Positions 59,901-64,000 of a stretch of 64,000 nt of DNA are shown one piece after another. Every line of letters begins with the position of its first letter. The stretch's first letter is position 1. The notes under the pieces were generated by a model that had not been told where the DNA came from, searched no databases, and worked only from the letters and a program-made list of their open reading frames with translations. This DNA comes from an uncultured virus (IMG/VR IMGVR_UViG_3300036832_000815) (lineage: Duplodnaviria; Heunggongvirae; Uroviricota; Caudoviricetes), in the IMG/VR virus record IMGVR_UViG_3300036832_000815. One strand, written 5' to 3'. The translations under genes were made by a program, and so were the position numbers.

Positions 59901-62900
59901 CACCTCCTGGGCCAACTCCTCCGGCCAGGTCATCACCTGGATCGACTCCGCTGGCACCTTCAACACCTGGGTGGCGGCCGACACCGTGGCCCGCTTCAAC
60001 CTCAACGCCAACGGGTCCATGTCCTGGGGCCTGGGCAATGCCGGGCGCGACACCGGCCTCTTTCGCCAGGCAGCAGGACTGTTGGCCGTCGGTGGTAGCG
60101 CATCTGCGGCCAACGGCTGGGATGTCGGCAATACCGGCCTGGGTGGCTCCCTGGCCGGTCTGGTGGCTCACGGGATGAGCGGCACCACGGCCTACGCCCT
60201 GGCCAGCGATGGTACCCAGACCATCCTCAACGCCCCCACGGCCATCTACTGCAAGATCGGGGCCTCCACCGGCATCTGGAGCGTCACCTCGGCGGGCACC
60301 CTGTTCAACAGCCCCACGGCCTGGGCCACTGCCACCCTCTCCTCCACCGTCCTGGCCGGTATCGGCATCAACGCCAGCAATGTCGTCGGACTGCAAGTCA
60401 CCGCCAACTCCACCCAGACCGCCGATCTCCTGCAATGGCGCAGCAGCACCCCCACGGTGCTGGGCGGCGTCAATGGGGCAGGCCAGTTCTATGTGGGGAC
60501 CAGCCCCAGCTTCGCAGGTGGCACCGGCCCCACCATCTACCTCGCCCCTAACACCGCGGACCCGTCCACCAATCCCACCACCGGGATCGTCCTGTACTAC
60601 TCGGCCAATGCGCTCAAGGCCCGCGACGCCAACGGTGTCATCACCCAGATAGCCCCGGCCCTGACCTCGGGACCAGCCACGGCGGTGATGGGACCGGATG
60701 CTTTCGGGGCGGGCTCCACGGTGGGAGTCAGCACTCTCTTCGCTCGGCAGGATCACCGTCATGGCCTGCCTACCGCTCCAGTGGTGCCTACAGCCGCCAC
60801 CACCGTCACAGGACCGGACGCCTTCGGTGCAGCCTCAGCGGTGGGAGTTAGCACCTTCTACGCCCGCCAGGACCACGATCACGGGCTCCCAGCCGCACCA
60901 ACGACGAGCTTCCCACTCACTGACAGCACTCAGGCTGCTTCGGCCAACACTGAATACCAGACCCGCGTGTCAGGCGACACCTCATATCGCTTCGTCATGT
61001 CCACGGGGGGATACTTGCAATGGGGCGTGGGCAGCGCCCCAGCAGACGCTTTCCTGCAACGAACGGGTGTCGGTGCGTTGCAGATCAACAGTTCGCTCAC
61101 GATCTCGACCAGCGCCGCGGGCACCACCCCCTTGTATGTCATCGGCACCTCGGGCCAGACTGCTGATCTGGTCCGCGTCACCAGCGGCACTGGCGTGCTG
61201 ACACTTCAGCACACCGCCTCGGGTCAGACCACCATCACCGCCGCCACGGCGGCCGCGATCCCTCTCACACTGAAAGGGGCGGCCAGCCAGAGCGGGGATT
61301 TCCTGCAGATCCAGAACTCCGCTGGCACCATCCTGGCCAACTGGGTCGTTGCTTCGGCCGCTGTGGCCACCCTGAGGCTCAACGGCGGAGTCAACTCTGA
61401 TCCCCTGCTGGAGAGCCTGGTCTCGGGCAATGCCTGGCAGCGGTTCCGTATAACAGCCGACGGCACCATGAGATGGGGGCCGGGCACGGCTGCCCCCGGC
61501 GCTTCCGGGACCACCGGCATCACGCTGGACTTCCCCTCGGCCAACTCCTTCAGGATCACCAACGGCACATCGCACGCGGCTTTCGCCAACACCGGCCTCT
61601 CCGGTGACATGGCCCTCTACAACGACGTTGGCTGGCTGTCCATCTCCGGCACCACTGGGGTCAACTACGGGGAAACCGGCGTCCTCATCGGTGAACTGAA
61701 TCAGACAGCTTCAGAGTTCAACAACGATCATGTAGCTCTTTCCAGGCGCACCTCCATCGGCGTGGCTCCCGGCAATAACGCTCCGGCCGGTGTTTATGGA
61801 TCAGGCACCGGGCCAATGCTGTTCCTGGCTAATGACACCGCTGATCCCACCGCCAATCCCACAGGCGGTGTGATCATTTATTCATCAGGCGGAGTCCTAA
61901 AGCTGCGCGCCCCCACTACTTCTACTACTTTCTCTACACCCGGTACTGAGCTAGTTCTGGAGCAGACCGGTGATGCCGGGGGTGCCAGCCGTCTGCACAT
62001 GCAAAACCGGGGTGGTTTGGCCGGGGCGTTGTTGGAAAGCACCGGCAATCCCATCACCGACCTGGGCTTCAAGGCCGCGGGCCTCAACCAGGCCCTCGTT
62101 CGCCTCGAAGGTCGCGCCGCCTACATCGGTGACGTAGGCAACGGCACCACCAACGGTGACCTCCAGATGCAGCCCAATCAGCAGCAGGCAGCCTGGTTCG
62201 GGATGGTCGGATCCGGCGTTACCGGCCGGTTCAGTTTGGGCGTCAATCCTCAAGCGGCCACCTGGGGCGGCGGCTCGGGCGGGATGCTGTACATCGGCAA
62301 TGACACCGTCGATCCCAGTAGCAGCGTTACCGGCGGAACCCTCCTCTTCTCCTCGGCTGGGGTCCTGAAAGCCAAGACCCCGGATGGCACCGTCACCCCC
62401 CTCGCGCCCGGAGGAGCCTACGCCCCGGTCAGCAATGGTGTGGCCCCCAACGCCAGTCTTCCGGGGGCGGTGCCGCCTGCGGGGCTGCTCTGGGTGGACA
62501 CCAGCGTGGCGGCTGCATCCTTCATCGGGCCACCGGGCCAGCCGGACCTGGGTGTCAACTCGGCTACCCCGGATTTGAATACCTTCCAGACCAGCGGGAA
62601 CACAGTCTTCACCGGATCGCCCACCAATGCCCCACCCATACCTCCCGGTGCCTTTATCCTGACCGTGTTCACGATCGGCAATGGCACTTACATCCAGCAG
62701 CGAGCTACGTCTGTCGCCCTGCCGCAATACGTCGCCCATCGGGTGTACTCCGGTGGGGCCTGGGGCACCTGGAGGTCCCCGGCGGCCGGGCTCGTAACCT
62801 CTGTCCTCGGCCCCGCCTCAGTCTTGAACACGGCATCCAACACCGTTTGCACTATCACCTACTCAGTGATCGCTAATCGTCGTTACCGTATCACAGCCTT

Positions 62901-63159
62901 TGGGAGTGGATCTCAGCAGACCAGTACCGGTGAAGTGCGGATATCTCTCAGTCAACCTACCGATACTGCACAGGGTCGTTTTGCCGATCTCTACAGCATC
63001 GTTGCCGGGGCCTTTGTAGCCGCAACCGGTGTCTATGTGTACTCACCCGGTGCCAGTGGATCTCAAACGTGGATCCTGATAGTTGGTACCACGGCAGGCA
63101 CGATCAGTTGTGCGGCCAATCAGAGTTCCCTGTTTCTTGAAGATATAGGTACCAGCTAA
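56962..63159 (+). CDS. Long tail fibre-like protein (2065 aa)
   Basis: Five NDTADP..NP.GG-type repeats and other internal repeats. Confidence 0.78.
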   Translation: MTAVDLFSEYYRWTVTSGGTTAPVAGTVETWTVASSNGAPPASNGSTPTTQFRVVDAADPNAPPEIMLVSNVSATTWTVTRGAEGAAPWAHVAGWTAIPVLTAQALGQFPRFPLTNTAATAATIEYRTNVTADTQYRFTITADGTQSWGSGAAVAKYGLGGAEQNVSGYVGLPILMPNASNVATLAGVMFNGSQGSGMGLGFVSGSHAAFVTPSGYTLFLNNVSLTSTHTGVPGIKIILAASQGSPALQINNSGGSLLSFFDPNGNLGINGPGIGNLSYNVQVGTASTGSIGIGGGSISEAGGYTKFYRASGNFDFEWGTVASTFFGGGLNIAGSGTATIPALQTQVGNPAYPALSVFGAGGQTGNIMQVGTASGNGVFAVGPKLALTLGAFDATTIPLTISGYSAQTADLLDLKNYGGTVVTSFDSGGGLHFSTDTALYRSSPQQLTIGSGSNSWDVGIQNGASLTYHGNAMSTGYALSQDANSTYLNATSGGYVFCRSGNVNDIWTTNNTGMTLNRPIGIGRIGQPMAGVWVWSAATAATDIPLVLQAGNGQTADTFEIRSYGNSIISGFDATGRLYLGPTPSFGAGTGPMLFLGNDTADPTANPTGGVILYSSAGVLKARTPSGAIVQLAPSTGVAAPLVLTAPTATTVPLTLVGAASQSSDLLDVQSSGGSTLAAIDATGALYGPSVGGFNGNDRVYFPAGNYVSVPQYLSVGTSAATNSGQLTVYPTTTGTTAIAVSLKASQTGDALTIYNSGGSAVLGINATGQLYMGSSQSFGGGTGPMLFLNNDTADPGSNPFGGVVIFSSAGVLKARTPSGAIVQLAPQPAPAGAASGDLSGTYPGPTVARINGTSVPATPTSGQVLTATSGTAATWQTPATGVSFPLSNTAAAATTIEYQTQVTADTFYRFTINARGDHAWGNGAGATDTNLARTGNGILALTATARAVLSVQGGVGITEQSASATPLNIQAAASQTGPLTSWANSSGQVITWIDSAGTFNTWVAADTVARFNLNANGSMSWGLGNAGRDTGLFRQAAGLLAVGGSASAANGWDVGNTGLGGSLAGLVAHGMSGTTAYALASDGTQTILNAPTAIYCKIGASTGIWSVTSAGTLFNSPTAWATATLSSTVLAGIGINASNVVGLQVTANSTQTADLLQWRSSTPTVLGGVNGAGQFYVGTSPSFAGGTGPTIYLAPNTADPSTNPTTGIVLYYSANALKARDANGVITQIAPALTSGPATAVMGPDAFGAGSTVGVSTLFARQDHRHGLPTAPVVPTAATTVTGPDAFGAASAVGVSTFYARQDHDHGLPAAPTTSFPLTDSTQAASANTEYQTRVSGDTSYRFVMSTGGYLQWGVGSAPADAFLQRTGVGALQINSSLTISTSAAGTTPLYVIGTSGQTADLVRVTSGTGVLTLQHTASGQTTITAATAAAIPLTLKGAASQSGDFLQIQNSAGTILANWVVASAAVATLRLNGGVNSDPLLESLVSGNAWQRFRITADGTMRWGPGTAAPGASGTTGITLDFPSANSFRITNGTSHAAFANTGLSGDMALYNDVGWLSISGTTGVNYGETGVLIGELNQTASEFNNDHVALSRRTSIGVAPGNNAPAGVYGSGTGPMLFLANDTADPTANPTGGVIIYSSGGVLKLRAPTTSTTFSTPGTELVLEQTGDAGGASRLHMQNRGGLAGALLESTGNPITDLGFKAAGLNQALVRLEGRAAYIGDVGNGTTNGDLQMQPNQQQAAWFGMVGSGVTGRFSLGVNPQAATWGGGSGGMLYIGNDTVDPSSSVTGGTLLFSSAGVLKAKTPDGTVTPLAPGGAYAPVSNGVAPNASLPGAVPPAGLLWVDTSVAAASFIGPPGQPDLGVNSATPDLNTFQTSGNTVFTGSPTNAPPIPPGAFILTVFTIGNGTYIQQRATSVALPQYVAHRVYSGGAWGTWRSPAAGLVTSVLGPASVLNTASNTVCTITYSVIANRRYRITAFGSGSQQTSTGEVRISLSQPTDTAQGRFADLYSIVAGAFVAATGVYVYSPGASGSQTWILIVGTTAGTISCAANQSSLFLEDIGTS

Positions 63160-64000
63160 TGCCTGCTCTCAAGTACTGGGATGCCGGGAGCAGTCAGTAC
63201 GTCCTGCTCATGCCGGGGACACCGACCACCTTCCCGCTTATCTACACCCAGACTTTGACCGCTCCTACGGTGGTCTCGTCGCCGTATCAGGTCAACCACA
63301 ACCTCGGTACCACCACCCCACTCGTACAAGTTTATGATGCCGTAACCGGCCAGCTTGTCATGGTCGGTATCACGGTGGCCAACAGCAACTCCATCCAGGT
63401 CAGCGTGTCGGCCAACATGCCGAACAACGTCAACGTGGTGGTGGTCGGGACAGCCCAGTCACCGATACCGATCAACCCCGCGGACCAGGCCAGCAAGTCC
63501 TACGTCGATGCCCGTACTCCCAACCTGCCTGCCCCCATTACCTCAGGTAGCGGTGTGCAGAGCTTCACCGATGTCCTGGGCGATGTATGGGTGGCCGCCA
63601 ACGGCGTGAACTCGGGCGCGTGGAAGCGGGCACGGGATGTCATTCGCGCTCGGGTCTATCGTAATGCCGCTTACACCGTACCGGGGATAAACACCGCCAC
63701 CGGCATGCCTTTTGACAGCACTAATGATGATGCTTACAGCGGATGGTCGGCGTTGAACACCACTTCGGCTATCTACACTTGTCCAATAGCGGGTCGTTAT
63801 CTGGTGATGACCAGGTGTGACCTACTAGGTACCAGTGTGGCTGCTCGGCTTTTTAGCTCTGTGTATAGAGGAGCTAATCTTGCAGGTGTAGTTGAATCAA
63901 TGCGAGGTGTTGATCTTACTCAGAACTCAAACACTCCTCTGACTTCAACTAATGCTGGGACGATGTTTTGCAATGTCCAAGACGTGGTGCAGATGAGGTT
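63159..64000 (+). CDS. Tail fibre-like protein, 3' truncated
   Basis: TAATG overlap; MPALKYWD...VNHNLGT...ASKSYVD...YTCPIAGRYLV; no stop seen before the window end. Confidence 0.7.
   Translation, partial: MPALKYWDAGSSQYVLLMPGTPTTFPLIYTQTLTAPTVVSSPYQVNHNLGTTTPLVQVYDAVTGQLVMVGITVANSNSIQVSVSANMPNNVNVVVVGTAQSPIPINPADQASKSYVDARTPNLPAPITSGSGVQSFTDVLGDVWVAANGVNSGAWKRARDVIRARVYRNAAYTVPGINTATGMPFDSTNDDAYSGWSALNTTSAIYTCPIAGRYLVMTRCDLLGTSVAARLFSSVYRGANLAGVVESMRGVDLTQNSNTPLTSTNAGTMFCNVQDVVQMR

Noticed and set aside
220..63609. Many long antisense and alternate-frame ORFs in the track (e.g. 712-1716, 46966-47913, 50533-51777, 59434-60762)
   Set aside because: Shadow ORFs of GC-rich genes; they overlap well-supported CDS and show no motifs.
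52812..64000. Diversity-generating retroelement acting on tail fibres
   Set aside because: No reverse transcriptase seen; repeats are in-frame protein repeats and I saw no adenine-specific mismatch pattern.
1..64000. Stop-codon reassignment
   Set aside because: TAG, TGA and TAA all end well-defined genes and long ORFs are intact under code 11.

Overview
A 64 kb segment of a large GC-rich actinobacteriophage whose head genes resemble Bxz1/cluster C mycobacteriophages (from recalled sequence, not a search). 1-8.4 kb holds the 3' part of a giant multidomain protein and three paralogous fibre-like genes. 8.4-33.8 kb is a dense array of small accessory genes punctuated by a repeated sigmaA-type leaderless promoter (TTGA...CTCTAAG-N2-AACCTG-C-TAAYGT-N6-8-ATG, often ATGACCACC). 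33.9-35.1 kb is a minus-strand endolysin cluster. 35.3-47.7 kb is the head module (protease fusion, 1.9k-aa polyvalent protein, scaffold-like protein, decoration protein, major capsid protein). 47.8-64 kb holds membrane, collagen-like and tail-fibre-like genes. Most notable: (i) head-associated polyproteins stringing NUDIX, ParB-like, ART-like, GNAT and 2H-phosphoesterase modules between repeated linker peptides; (ii) a candidate ~200-nt structured RNA whose hairpin loop is antisense to the ATGACCACCAC start shared by several leaderless genes; (iii) a second fixed-spacing motif (CCTGTC-N12-AGAGC-N3-GAAGNGRTGA) before the structural genes. All domain calls come from motif reading by eye.
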